NCBI RefSeq assembly: GCF_000002075.1
Contig: NW_004797341.1
Coordinates: 785,369-849,368 of the forward strand
Source of the DNA: Aplysia californica
Taxonomy: Eukaryota
DNA length: 64,000 nucleotides
Direction: 5' to 3'
Position 1 is the first letter of the stretch, and each line of letters opens with the position of its first letter. The notes beneath the pieces are model-generated. The model was not told the DNA's origin, ran no database searches, and was given only the letters and a program-made list of their open reading frames with translations. This document shows, piece by piece, positions 24,388-37,251 of the stretch. A program made the translations under genes and the position numbers.

Positions 24388-24799
24388 GTTTGTAAAGTAT
24401 AATACCATATTCCATTCATCAAGTCATTCATGCTTTTATATTTACAGTCAGTGTAATTTTTTGTAAACTTGATTAAGTTTTGTGTTTTAAAAGGTCATAA
24501 GTAGTTTGAATTTTTTAATTGAGAAAGTGCTTACACCCAGTGTGAGCAAAGTTGGTCTTAAAGTTAAAGGTCTAAAGAATTTGATCAAAATTCATTATAT
24601 GGCTACCCAAATAAAAATAATTTGCCATCAAATGCTTCCCTTCACTTTTGAACTCCAATCTTTAGGCAGCTGCAATATATTTCAGCTTTTGATCTACTTT
24701 ATAAAATAGAATAAAATTTGGATTTGCTTTTTTTAAAAATACACTATATGTTATAAAATTGTGTTGATGATGTTTATTATTTTTCAAACTTATAAACAG

Positions 24800-25102
24800 G
24801 GAAAACCCTATTGCAAGAGATGCAACAAATCTTTCAAAGACACACATGACCTTGATCGTCACAAAGTACAAATCCACGAGGAAAAGCAAAGTGCAGCATC
24901 TTGCGAAATATGTGGAATGGAGTTCGCATCAAAGGATGAGCTAGCAAAACACAGTACAAAACACAGTGGGGAGAGGATGCACGCATGCCCGATGTGTGGG
25001 AAAGAGTTCCTTCACTTGATCCACCTTACCAAGCATCTGAGGAGCCACACAGGGGATTTCCCGTACAAATGCAGCACGTGCAAGAAGGCTTTTAGGCTCA
25101 AA
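24800..25102 (+). CDS. C2H2 zinc-finger protein, exon 2
   Basis: CAG|GKPYCKRC...HTGDFPYKCSTCKKAFRLK|GTAAGT. Confidence 0.9.
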
Positions 25103-25439
25103 GTAAGTTGTAAAAATTATTGTATTCACATCGGTGCTCACTTTATCATTATTGTCTCCTGAATTTTGTTTGTTTTGTTTTGTTTTCTTTAAATTCTTAC
25201 TGGAGTTTTAATATCGTAAATCATACTATAGTCCGTTCACTTTCCTGTGCCCACAGTTTTTTTGCAATTTTTTGAAAAAACTGTGCTTTGCTTTCTTGCA
25301 TACAGTCTTATATTTTGACTGAATTAAAGGTTTTCATGTCTTTTAATTAATCTGCATGTTAAATGGTTTACTCAAAGTGGCAAATTTATCACATGCTTGC
25401 GGACCTGAAAATTCAATTTTACAGCTACAAAGGCATTAA

Positions 25440-26112
25440 CTCTTTTAGACCGGCATTATTTACCCTGGATTCACCGGAATTAAATCATGGCTGACCAAGG
25501 GAAATCATATATGTTATTTTCTTTTGTGTTTTTAGTGTGTTTCCCTGTTAGTAATGTACGCATATTATACATCATTGTAAAGGGCATTGAACGTAGAATA
25601 GGATTAGTATAAAAATATTGAAATTCAAAGAAAAATGTGTTAGTTTTGAAGACCATTACGACATCAAAAAAAAGGAGAAAAATGAAAAAAAAATTTCTTC
25701 TTTCCGTGACAAAGTCAGATTCACCAGTTTCTACTCCTAAATCTGTGTTATTGATAGGTTCTCTCAGTAATTCACTTGCTTTCTCAGCAGTGTGCCTTAC
25801 CAAGCGTTTACATGACGACACAGAAGGCTTTTATTCTTCGGCATAGTGAAAATTTCAGAAACGACACACAAACCCCAACGCAAAACAAAGCTCAAAACTC
25901 GCATCAACGCACTGTAAACAATTGAAAAGCCCCGCTATTTCTTTACAAACGGTGGATGTGACCTTTAATCCACGCTAAACCCATCGGAGAAAACTAGTAT
26001 CGGGTTCATCTTCGTCTTTAAATAAGGAAATAAAAACAACACTGTATGTGTCGTCCCGGCTGATGGCGGTCGGCGGAAACAACACAGTATGTGTCGTTAC
26101 GGCCTATAAGAG
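25440..26112. mobile_element. piggyBac-like MITE
   Basis: TTAA|CTCTTTTAGACCG...CGGCCTATAAGAG|TTGA. Confidence 0.65.
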
Positions 26113-26582
26113 TTGAGCCATTGAATTTTCTAAACACATTTTAGGTGGCTCCAGAGTATGGGAAAAATGTGAAAGCCCAGTAATCAACGCTGAGCTTGAA
26201 AAAAAAATTAAGCTGAATTATAATACAGACAGTGGACAAAGTTTTCCCCTGTAAGCTCTAACAACTGGTGAGTTCCAAAACAAAGCTGTTTGTTTTCCTC
26301 AAAGCTATTCTTTCAAATTTAGAAGATTCTTTTTTCATCCCTCTTTCCATTTATTTGTCTTTACATGAATGTCTCATTTTGAGATACTGCCAGACGTGAC
26401 CATTTTTATGCTGATGTGTTTTTCATCCGCTCCAACAAACACATAGATAACTGTTCTTTTCAGCAGCTGGGACATCAAAACTCATAGAGACAAAGAGATT
26501 AGTAGCTGAACCTGTGAGTTCTCAATATCCATATAGAACATCTCATAATCTAACATACTCACAAATGTTGACTACTCGCCAG

Positions 26583-26720
26583 ATTCAGCTGATCCAACAC
26601 GTACGACTTCATGTTGCCCAGGACACCAACGCCTGCGACAAGTGCACGGCTAAGTTCACCTCAAAGCAGGAGCTGCAGGAACATATGGTTCAGGCTCATG
26701 GAGAACCTGACTGTTTCAAA
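26583..26720 (+). CDS. C2H2 zinc-finger protein, exon 3
   Basis: IQLIQHVRLH completes the split finger with correct F-x5-L-x2-H-x3-H spacing; next finger CDKC..H....H; AAA|GTAAGT. Confidence 0.88.
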
Positions 26721-27651
26721 GTAAGTGGGACGCCTCTCCCATGTCGCTTGTATTATGTATTGCTTTTAAGCTTTACGTAGTTTTACCCATGGGGGGGGGG
26801 GGGATTTTCACACACATGAAATCTTGAATATTTTTTCACCCTTATCATGTGACTAGCAAGTGTTAAGACCAACTAGTCATGAGTGTGTGTAACTTCCAGT
26901 GGGTCTTTCAACGAAATGATATAGGACATCAGCACTTAATGCTTCAGAAACACTGTGGAGTCTGCTGAAACCGAAATCTGTAGGATTTCTTCAGTTTACC
27001 TGTGTTTTTGGTTAAAAGTGGTTGCTCAAATAGAAACAAAACTGGGTATTTTATTTCCTTTTGGTTTACCACTGTTTTTGAAGTAACCGTGTTCGGTTTA
27101 AACGAACTCCTCTGTATTTCCAAAATGATCAGATGTTATGTGCAGCTAAATGATTTAAAAGCAAAACTGAGTAAAGGGGCTTCATGTACTTGCACAGACA
27201 AAATGTTCTTTATTTTGTGTGTCAATATCATACATCGTTGCGATTTTAGTGTCCATTCCACGTGCCCTTGGAGCTGGTTGTTCAGAAACATTGTCTATGA
27301 TTTGAAATCCACGAAGCTTTTTTTAGGAATTTCTGAAAGTTTCTACTGCTCCAGACAATTTTTGTTTGACGGATCGTTTATGGTTTCATTACATTGTACT
27401 GTCAACAATTTGAAAAAATCTAAAAGATCTTGGCTTTACCCTTACGGGTGTGTTTTGGTCATGATGAGAGACACATCCTTTGCCTTGTTCTTTGATTTTC
27501 TCTTTGTAACCAGATGGAAGCGAGAGTGTATCTGCTTGTGACTTACCTACCTATACCCTTTAGTGGACTGAAAGCACACCTGAGTGTGCAGTGATGTATC
27601 TCTAGCTTTCAGGGCATTGGGGCTCAGGTGGACAGGTCTTGTAGGCACAGG

Positions 27652-28431
27652 CAGACTTGCCAACATGTAAGCTATTGCGTATTCTAGTACGCTAAACTGT
27701 CTGCAAAACGCAAGTACAGGTAAAAACGATCAAATACACATCTTTTAATTTTCTGGTAAGCATGATTGCAATTGCTCAAAACCCGTTGTCGAGCCCTACT
27801 CGGAACATAAAACTTGTGTCAGGTCTCTACCTCTCCTTGTGGAAGGCCTGAAAGTTGTCGGTGTTGCCTGATTCTGCATAATTCGAGTACTCATTGTGAG
27901 TTGAGAGTATGCGAACTATTGCCGATACCTCGTGTTTTTCTCCATCAATTATTGGCTTAGGAAATTAACCCTATCTGTACGCACTGGGGTCATTTTGTAC
28001 CCCCGGGTTGTATTCTTCACATGTTAGAATACTTCTTCTAGTACGAAAATCTCTTTGATACTTTCTGCATTTCTCAAAAAATCATTTTGACAGACTGCTA
28101 TTCAAGGCGTACGGATCGGATTAACAAGAAAATTTCCTTTTTGGAAAGTGGTGGCACAGAGTTCCCCACGTCGTACGGATACGATAGTAAAACACGACGT
28201 ACGGATAGGGGTTAATTAACATTCAATGATGGAATTATGTTTGCGTTCAGGCCTTTGTTTTGTTTTGTTTTTAAATTGCTGAAATCCCTGTGTGTTCTGG
28301 TTTCTTGGTCTTGAAATGTCAACAGAGCCTCAGCTATGTTGCAAAATAAGCATTTCATTTTCAAAATAAGCAAAATCATGATTCCCTGGGCTGAAAAATA
28401 AGCAAAGTGAATTTGGGGGTTGGCAAGTCTG
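27652..28431. mobile_element. hAT-like MITE with probable 6-bp TSD
   Basis: Perfect 13-bp TIR CAGACTTGCCAAC; flanks CACAGG / GACAGG. Confidence 0.75.
27969..28211. mobile_element. piggyBac-like MITE nested in the hAT MITE
   Basis: TTAA|CCCTATCTGTACG...CGTACGGATAGGGG|TTAA. Confidence 0.8.
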
Positions 28432-28739
28432 GACAGGGGAAGCAAGGCTTATAGGGTCCATAGAATTGTGATGTTTTAAAATAAGATAAATCACTATTAA
28501 TAACATGAATTGCTGTGTCACTTACTGATTTAAACAGAAGAAGTTTTATCTTTTAAAAATATACCTTGTCCCCAAAGCCATTTTTTCCCCATTCCCATTT
28601 ATCTAGGGAAGAACAGATGACCTGGTCTTGACAGAATTGCTCTGAGATGGTTTAGGTACTATTTTCTTATTTTATGCTAATAACCATTTCAAGCTACAAT
28701 AGGTATTATATGAGCTTTGTATTTGCTTTTTCTTTTCAG

Positions 28740-31700
28740 TGCCATCTGTGCAGCAAAACCTTTTCCTTCCGCTACAAGTTGATTAACCATCTGAGGCTGC
28801 ACACCAACGTGAAGTGCTTCCAGTGCTACATCTGCCACAAGTCGTTTGCCACCAAGCACTACTTACAGCGCCACTTGCAGATACACATCAAACAAGGGAT
28901 GGAAGTCGACGTGAAGAACATAATTGTGGACCAGGATTCTAAAACAGAGCTGGATCATTCTCACGACCAACAGGAGCGTTGTGTTGGAGACACCTGGAGC
29001 ACAGCCGAGGGTCAGAGAGTACTGGAGAAACATTGCGCTGGTGTGAAGAGAGGAGAGGAAGTCTTGCCAAAATCCCAACCTGAGAATTCAGATAGCAAAT
29101 GTATTTCAGAGAACTTTGAATCAAGGAGCACTTTTGTGAGTGAAAGTGCCTCTAATTCAAGGAATTATGATCTCAATTGTACGCATATCAAGACTGAACC
29201 TGTCGATAGAGACAGTAGTTCAGAACACAGTGTTTGTTCGTCTTTAACCAGGCATTCAGACAAAAGTGATCCGTTCAGGTTTTCTTCAGATGGATCGACA
29301 TCTTTCAAGACCACTATGGCCAAAGAGAGAATAAGGATTCGGAGACGCTGGAAGAAAATGCATCTGGCCAGGAAGGCCAAAGCCTTACAGAATGTTGAAA
29401 AAGCTGCTCTGGAATTGAAAAAGGAAACTGTTTTTTCTGAAGTGAAAATCGAAGATGAAAATGAGAATGGCGATGAGGCTGCAGACTACCCACCAACAGA
29501 TATGGTGGTGGAATTGAATGGTGTGTGCTCAGAAGTTGATAATGTCCTAACACTGTATGTTGATGTGACTGAAAAGAAGCCCCCTCTGCTTCCCATGAAG
29601 CAGGATGCGTCAGTGATTGCTGCTTTGGAAAGTCCCGAAAAAGTTTCCGCGAGCAACAAGCTGAATGATGATGTAGCATTCTCAAATGCTTTAGTTTTGG
29701 ACATAGACATCAGTGACAGCGATCTTGATGCTTTGAAATGTGGGTACAAGTCATTTAGTTCTCTTGATAAATCAATATCCGTTTCTGTTGCTTCCAGTAA
29801 TACCACCTCCACATCAGAATTGCAGGGAAAATCTGTTGACAGTAGTAAATCAGAAGCCACACCAAGTCAGTTCTTGTCTGAAAGTCTACCTCAGGATACT
29901 CTTTGTTTCCCAACAGATTTAGGCAAGAAAGAAGTGAATGCAGTGAGAGAGAAGACCCACAGTAACAGAAAGAATGAAAAGCCACAAGTCCCCTCTGTTG
30001 TAGTTCCCACTGTTGCAGGGACACTTAAGTCTGGGGCAGCGTCAAAGGACAACTACTCTTCACAAGCCAAGACAGGAAAAACAGGACACGATGTCGAAGT
30101 ATCTTGTATTCCAGCGTCAGCACAAAAGATGGTTTCAAGAAGTGCAACGAGCAGCAAACTGCTCTCCCCTGGGAAGACTTCACTGCCGTTGCCTTCGAGC
30201 AGTAAGTCTGTGTCAGGTAGTGCACAATCAAATCCTGAACGTTCTGGTATAATTTACCCGGCTACACCCGCCCCTACCCCACTTAGCCAGATGCAAGCAA
30301 TGATCTGTATGAACCTGGGGAACATTCAGCACAGCACTAAGTCGCTGACCTCCTCGAGACAGTCTGTCGTGACCACGGCCGCAGACACAGCGTCGAAGAC
30401 ACTCCAGTTAGTGCCATCCTCTAGTGTCTCTCTCGCCAGCCACTTGTTGACCCCGCCTGTCTCGTCCGGTTTGCAAGTTCCTCGTACACCAGCTCTCTCT
30501 ACGCCAAGTGCTTCATCTGTCCTCTCTAATTTTCATTCACCTCACAAGCTTTCAGTTTCCTCATGCACTTCTATGGTCCGAGGCCAACATGCGACCCAGT
30601 TTACAACTTGCCCTTTATCGATTGCCCCCAAAACATTCAATTTTTCGGCACACTCATCTATGGCCCCTCTAACGTCCCAGTTTTCTACACATGAATGTTC
30701 AGTTGCCCCTCAATTTACCTCCCAGTCTGCACCTTTAGCGCCTGTAGTACAGCAGCTTTCAGGCCCACCCTCCCTCCCACCTCTTTTACCAGGCCCTCCT
30801 GCTGCTCCCCATACACAACACCAAACTGTCCCTACACCTGCCTCTTCTTACATCCCCACCTCAAGCTTGTCTTCCCTGCACATTCCAGTTCCAAGCAGCC
30901 ACAGCTCAGGATCAGCTTTTCACGGTGTTGGTATCGCTCCTAGCCACAGTTTCTCCGTTCCCATGCAGACTCTACCTCCAGCTCCAATCTTTACCTCACT
31001 GGGGTCGAGTAATATGGACAGCCTCGGTGGTGTGACCTTGAACCCACCGCAGCTACTGTCTGGCCCGGGCCCTTCCCTGGCTGGGGTACCTTCCAGCCTT
31101 GGCCCACCCTCTGGTCTTCCCTCTCTTCAGCAGGCTGCAAGTGGAAATGTAGATTCGAACCCTTTCACTCTGGCTCCTCCAGCAACCATTGACACGAACA
31201 ATCCCGTTTTGCGCAACATGAACATGATGGATTTAGTGAGTCCGTCAGGGGGCAGCAACTCTTTCAATGTGGCGGTTCCTGGTCCCACGCCCGATTTAAT
31301 GCGGAGCAGCTTCAACACGTTGAGACAAGGACCTGCGGGGATCCTAGAACCCCAGAGCTCTGTTCTTCAGCCAGGCCATCTTCTGAACGTGTCGTCACGG
31401 AATTTAGGTGGTGTCAACATTGGAAGTCAGGGTCTCTCAAGTTTTTCTTCCGCTTCGAATATTCATCAACTTCCTGGTGCTTTTAATCCTGTGCCTGGGG
31501 GATACATGCATAACTCTCTCCTCAGCACTGGGCAAGGCATGTCTGGAGACCCTCTCTCAAATGCTAGAAATATGCCAAACATTCTACCAGACCCCAGCCT
31601 CAATTTTTTGAACAGCGTACAGAATGCCAGTCTCGGCTTTCCTGTGGCTCATCCCGTTGGGCCTACCGCCAACAGCGCTTTTCCGTTCGGTCAACTTGGT

Positions 31701-32024
31701 GCTGCCACATTTGCTCCCACTCCTGCTCCTGCCCCCACCATCAACTTCGGAGGCTTAACCATCCCCTCTGTGGACACCAGGATGCCTTCCATAAATTCTG
31801 GTATTCTAGACCCTTCCGTCTTCAGCATGGGTGCAAGCCGGCACCCCTTACCGGGCCCCCCTACCCTGGGTATGCTCGACGTACAGAGATTTGCCGCACC
31901 TGGACTTCATTTTGACGTACCCAGGGTGGTGGATACAAATTTTGTTGCTAGCCAGCTGGGTTTGGCTGGAGCAGTCAATCCTACCTTCCTGCCTACAAAC
32001 ATGACAAATTTTCCAAACATCTGA
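28740..32024 (+). CDS. C2H2 zinc-finger protein, terminal exon (2 fingers plus ~1040-aa low-complexity tail)
   Basis: TTTTCAG|CHLCSKTF..CYICHKSF; uninterrupted 3.3-kb ORF. Confidence 0.9.
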   Translation, partial: CHLCSKTFSFRYKLINHLRLHTNVKCFQCYICHKSFATKHYLQRHLQIHIKQGMEVDVKNIIVDQDSKTELDHSHDQQERCVGDTWSTAEGQRVLEKHCAGVKRGEEVLPKSQPENSDSKCISENFESRSTFVSESASNSRNYDLNCTHIKTEPVDRDSSSEHSVCSSLTRHSDKSDPFRFSSDGSTSFKTTMAKERIRIRRRWKKMHLARKAKALQNVEKAALELKKETVFSEVKIEDENENGDEAADYPPTDMVVELNGVCSEVDNVLTLYVDVTEKKPPLLPMKQDASVIAALESPEKVSASNKLNDDVAFSNALVLDIDISDSDLDALKCGYKSFSSLDKSISVSVASSNTTSTSELQGKSVDSSKSEATPSQFLSESLPQDTLCFPTDLGKKEVNAVREKTHSNRKNEKPQVPSVVVPTVAGTLKSGAASKDNYSSQAKTGKTGHDVEVSCIPASAQKMVSRSATSSKLLSPGKTSLPLPSSSKSVSGSAQSNPERSGIIYPATPAPTPLSQMQAMICMNLGNIQHSTKSLTSSRQSVVTTAADTASKTLQLVPSSSVSLASHLLTPPVSSGLQVPRTPALSTPSASSVLSNFHSPHKLSVSSCTSMVRGQHATQFTTCPLSIAPKTFNFSAHSSMAPLTSQFSTHECSVAPQFTSQSAPLAPVVQQLSGPPSLPPLLPGPPAAPHTQHQTVPTPASSYIPTSSLSSLHIPVPSSHSSGSAFHGVGIAPSHSFSVPMQTLPPAPIFTSLGSSNMDSLGGVTLNPPQLLSGPGPSLAGVPSSLGPPSGLPSLQQAASGNVDSNPFTLAPPATIDTNNPVLRNMNMMDLVSPSGGSNSFNVAVPGPTPDLMRSSFNTLRQGPAGILEPQSSVLQPGHLLNVSSRNLGGVNIGSQGLSSFSSASNIHQLPGAFNPVPGGYMHNSLLSTGQGMSGDPLSNARNMPNILPDPSLNFLNSVQNASLGFPVAHPVGPTANSAFPFGQLGAATFAPTPAPAPTINFGGLTIPSVDTRMPSINSGILDPSVFSMGASRHPLPGPPTLGMLDVQRFAAPGLHFDVPRVVDTNFVASQLGLAGAVNPTFLPTNMTNFPNI

Positions 32025-32581
32025 CTTGGTGCTCCACCAAGCCAGTATTTTGAACAGTTCGACAAACAAAGAACCAAAGATCTGTGTTGTACAGGTTATA
32101 CTGTTTGACATGCTGCAATATGTTTTATTATCTTCTTTTTTATTTAGTTTCATCATTGGTGTTGTTTGTTTTTGTTAAAAGTATACTTTGACGATGTGCA
32201 TATACACTTGAGACTTCATTGATTGTAAATATTGCTTTCAATCTAGTTTTCTCTGAGTTAATGTATTTATACGATGTTATTTACTTTGTGTTGCGTCAAA
32301 AGCATTTACATTTTTAGGTTTGTATACCTTATACTGAAAACCTCAGGCACACAGTATACACTTTTATACATCCAGTTCCTTCAAAACCAGTTATTTTGAA
32401 AATGGTTAAGGCCTCACTGTAAGCCGATTTAGGTTTACAAATTTTAATAATGAAGAGCCCTTCATTTTACAGAAGCTGTGGGTCCCTTTTTATATACGCA
32501 GTCAGTGTAATGTTCTCCACTATGACTGATGATGATAATATTGAATAACTATAGTTTGCATTGTGTCTTCCATGTTCCATA

Positions 32582-33600
32582 CAGTAGTCTTTTCCTAAAC
32601 GTATGCTATACAAAAGCACGCTCCGCTCAAACGCACGCTTTCGTCATCTGACGGGTTTTTTACTATATAATTTTTTAGACGTACAAACGTGCGGTCACTC
32701 CCTCTAAACGCACGCTCCGATCCGCGAAATACGCCGACAAGTTAAGCTTGGCAAGGGGAAATTTTCATTACAACCTGCACAGCCAGCATAAGACAAGCCA
32801 GGAATTTACTAGAAAACCGGATATATGGTGAGAGTGCCCCTCACGCCGTACAAAGAGAGTGATGGACCGTGTTTACCCACCCTACTTTCCACTGACGCAT
32901 AGGTCTTAGTCTGGGGCTGGTGGGTTAAATGTTGGGGGGGGGATTGGGAGGACTGAAATGTTTTTTGATTGGTCACTGGAAATGTATCTTTGAGAGAAGG
33001 TTTCTGACTGGTGTTTGAGTGAATGCGTGTAATGTTTAGTTAAATCTAGGCCTGATGCACGACACGCGCGAATGCCATAAAACACTAGACAGGCCTCTAT
33101 AGGATTTTAAAGATTAGCCAAGTAAGCCTAATCAGCTGCACTCGAAGAACTAATAACGTACATGTTCAATGAATCACAAGAGAAAATGTTTCTCGGGGAT
33201 GATTCTGCATGAATTTACGGTCGGGGGTGGTCGCTTGGAAAGCCACGTGGCAGGTCCGTCTTCTCTATGACTATGACCAACAGTTTCCTCTTAGGCTATC
33301 TGTTCCTGATGTTTACAGTGCATATTCATTACTTTGAGTTTGTCTTTCTCCCCCCCACCCCCCAATTCGACGCCTTTGTATTCTTAACCCCTGTCTAGGA
33401 ATCCTTCACAAAACAAACACGTGTCGTCACATTATCTGCCAAAATGACCCCCTCCTTCCAACGGAGGTCACTAGAGTAATAAGGAATTGAGATGACTGCG
33501 TCCCTTCCTCCCCTTGCAAAGGTTCATGTAAACACACGCTCCGTATAAACACACGCTAAGGAGCCCTCCCGAGCACCGTGCGTTTAGGCGGAGACTACTG
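32582..33600. mobile_element. pogo/Tigger-like MITE in the probable zinc-finger gene 3'UTR
   Basis: TA|CAGTAGTCT..CCTAAACG...CGTTTAGGCGGAGACTACTG|TA; second copy at 37534. Confidence 0.9.
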
Positions 33601-36600
33601 TAATGGGTTGGTGCTCCCTTACCACAGTTTACTGTCCTTAAAAACGCAATATTAGTGTAGCAAATACTTTTCCTGAATGTGAGTGTGTATGTGTGTGTGT
33701 TTGTGTCAAATTGTGTGAGCTGGCTGACTCTGTTAAATGAAAATTGCAATCACCATAAGAGCCTTGAGCATGTTGTTCTACTGTGAAAATTGCAACCTGA
33801 TCTATTCATGATTGTCCTCCAAATACACATCGTATGTCTTTTAGCTTGAACTTTCAAATGGTGCAACATTGTTGTCTTGCTTCTGCAGGAATCAAAAGGC
33901 AATAATTTGAATAAACCAGGCCTGTTGGTAGAGAAAAATGTTAAAAGCTGCCGGCTTGGATGAAAGTGAGAGCAAGCTAATAAAGAATAAATAATAATGT
34001 AGAATACAAAATAGATTTTCATGAATATAAATGTAATTCCTCGCTTTGAGTGAACAGCAGCAACGTTTTTGTGATTTAAAATAATGTCTTTCGTTTTTAA
34101 ACTTTAGAAATATTGATTTACGCATTCTTTGCTAAGAATACACACCGAAGTTTGGTCCTTGATATTGGCGTGTAAGCTTGCTACATGAAGTAGACTGAAT
34201 CGACAGCACAAATCTGGAAACTCATTTGTTTTTGTACTTTTGCCCTAGTTTTTTGTTGTTGTTGTTGTTTGTTTTTGTCTGGTTCTGCTGGACATTGCTT
34301 TCATATGGCAGGGATATTTAAGTTTTATACTTTAAATTTCTACCCTCATTTTGTGTACCTTTACCTTTATTACCATCATGTATTTACTTAAGTTTTATAT
34401 ATGTTCTGTTCACGGTCAATTTTCCAGGTATTAAGTAACTTCTGGAAGCATTTATTGACTCAGTTCGTACACATCAACCTGTTAATTTTGGTATGCAAGG
34501 AAAATCTGACAATACAATATATATTTTTTTTTGTCAAGAGACAATCACAGGAAGGACAAACAAAGCCACGAAAAGAAACTGCTTAGCACCTTTTTTAGGA
34601 GTTATGAAAAGTATCTTTTTTTCAATGGTCAACTTTGTTCCTCTTGTATTACTTCATAGGGCTTCCTCAAGTTTTCCTACTAGTTGGTGGTTGGCGGGTG
34701 CTCTGGTGTGGTCTGGTCCTTCTTTCCTATCAAACATCTATCTTCCTTATTACTCCTCCTTTTTTGTGTTTGTTACTATCTTGTAATACCTCTAATCTTC
34801 GGCACTTATATGACCATATTGTGTTGCAAGTGTCGTAAAACTCTTGATAAAACTAAAACTTTTCCTTTCTACTGACTTATCATGTACATTGTACTATGTT
34901 ACTATGTTTTTTTTATTTGAAAGAAACTGTGATTTTGTCACCTTTGATCTGAACTCAAAAGTCGGGGAGAGTTCAGACTGTGGTTTTGTCTATTCTTCCT
35001 GTAAAACCTTCATTTAATTCTCTGCATACTATTGTTCACTGGGTTTTTGTTTTGTTTTTTGTTTTCTTGTGTTTTGCCTATTTCGTATTTTGTGAACATT
35101 TTGAATTTGCGATTTGAGTTGGTAAGTCTCATGCATGTTGTCTGATGTATTCCTAAATGTATATTAGGATACAGTCATCTCATTTTCAAGTGCAGGTGAA
35201 TTTCAGTGTAGTGCAGAAAAATCTTTTTAAGAAAATACCGCCAGCGTTCTTTATACACAGGGATCATGCTAGTGCTCACTGACGTGACATTACGTAACAG
35301 GTTCTATCTGAATTTTTATGAAATGAATGAATATATATTTATATACTCGTATTGAACAATAATGCTGATTGTTTTAACATATCATGAATGACTTTAATAC
35401 GTGGATTTCTTGATAATCAGAAAATCACGAATTAGAGTGCAAAACAACTGAGTATTCAGTATTCAATCGTTTCCCTTTATTGATAAATGATTTCCTGTAA
35501 TTTACCGTACAATTTTGATACGCAAAAACAAAAAGAATGGAGAAAAGGGAAAATGTGTCTTTCCAAAATATTCTTTCCTACCTTTGTCAAACTGAGATTT
35601 TCTATGGTTTGGTTGAAAAAGTCAATTTGATTGTCCTCTGTATGCACTAGATTGTTTTCTTGTGTTTTGGAAAGATATGTGTACTTTCAACGCTTGCTGG
35701 TGCTGTCTACATCCTTCATCTCAATCTGTAATTTAGTATTTTTCTGCAGTCAAATGTAAAGTTCGTCTCAGTGGCATTATTATACTGTGTGGAATCAGTA
35801 GTATATATATGTGCTGTTTTAAGCACTGCGTGAGTAGTATTTGAAAGATGTAGACTGTGGCAATCCCTGTTTAGCTGAGGGGCTTTTCTACTGTTATTAC
35901 AAAGATGGTTTACTCTGAGAAGGTCGGGTCACTTCAACTACTTTCTATCCCCATCGTCTTGATGCAAAGACAACACTTGCTGCAATAGGATATAAAACGT
36001 TGATAGAACTCACCAGTTTTTTGGTCGCAGTTAGAATATGTAAAACAATGTAAATGAGTTGAGATTAACATCTTTTCGTTAACATTTAACAAGACTCAAG
36101 CTTTGGTAAACTGGCGTATTGTCACATCATCTTTGATATAACAACGAAGAGAAAATAGTCATTATCACAACCAGATCTTCTATGGACTGTACTGAATTCC
36201 TTAGACAGAAAAGGGTGACTATGTAATTGTTGATCTTTTTATCATCGTTTTATTTGGATGTTGACTCGTAATCTTGTAAATATTAGATCTATACTTACCC
36301 TATGCATATTACTGGTATCCTACTTACATGGACTAAAGAGCAACTTTTTTTTTTCGTCTGATTTTCATGAAGGTACTCCATTCTCTGATGATATCTGTTT
36401 TTCACAGGTATCAACATTTTTTCCCCCTTCATTCTTGTTAAAAGGCTGAAGTCTTGATTTTGATTATGTGGAGTTCATACAATGTTCTCTAGATGTAAAT
36501 GTGGCCTACAAAAAGAAAAAAATAAGTTCATATTTAAAAAAAAAACGCAGGCGAAATATGAACAGGGCATTTTTTGGTTATTTTTTATGTTCAAAGCAAA

Positions 36601-37245
36601 AGTCTATTGAAATTTCAGTAAAAAAATCACTATAGTTGGGCACCGATAACACAAACACGGAAAACTTGAAATCAGGGATAGCTGGTACAATTTGCCATTT
36701 CCCGACTGATATATATCTTTAATTTTTCGTTTTATAGGTTTACTCGAATTATGGCTGTGTCGAACACATTTGTCAATCTCTAACGTGTTTGAGTTATCCC
36801 TACGCAATTGTATTCAGTAAATAGTGTTAAAGAGAAGTCAGTGACCTCTTAGAGTGTTTTTGCTGAGGAATCTCAAATGGTGAAAAAATTAGATATGAAA
36901 CCCCCCTAGGTTTTACTGTATCGAACATTTAAGTGTTGTCATTGTGTCATTTTATTTTCCTTTTGTTTTTATTATTGTCTTCCTAATTTGTTTTTCTGTT
37001 AGGAAGACTACATTTTCTCTTTGAAATTACTGAAAATTTGCAACAACCCATGTCCCCCCCCCCCCCCCATCTGTTAAACCCTCTCTGCTTCGAGAAAAGA
37101 CAAAGTTATGGCAAATACGAATGTATTCTGACACTTTTCCGTAAGTAGTTAAGTTTTTAAAAACTTTATTTTCAAATCGCAGCTTTCCTGTCTTGAAATT
37201 TGAATCTCCTAAATCTAATGTTGTACGCAGTCATTTGTGGTGCAG

Positions 37246-37251
37246 AATAAA
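37246..37251 (+). terminator. Candidate polyadenylation signal of the zinc-finger gene
   Basis: AATAAA followed by GU-rich TTTTGTGTTGTTG at the end of a long T-rich tract; implies a ~5-kb 3'UTR. Confidence 0.4.

Noticed and set aside
23332-32024. Zinc-finger gene as a VEZF1/MAZ ortholog (VEZF1 neighbours human SRSF1)
   Set aside because: Finger number and sequences do not resemble VEZF1/MAZ as I know them
28863-32156. Antisense and alternate-frame ORFs over the large zinc-finger exon
   Set aside because: Short shadow ORFs without motifs
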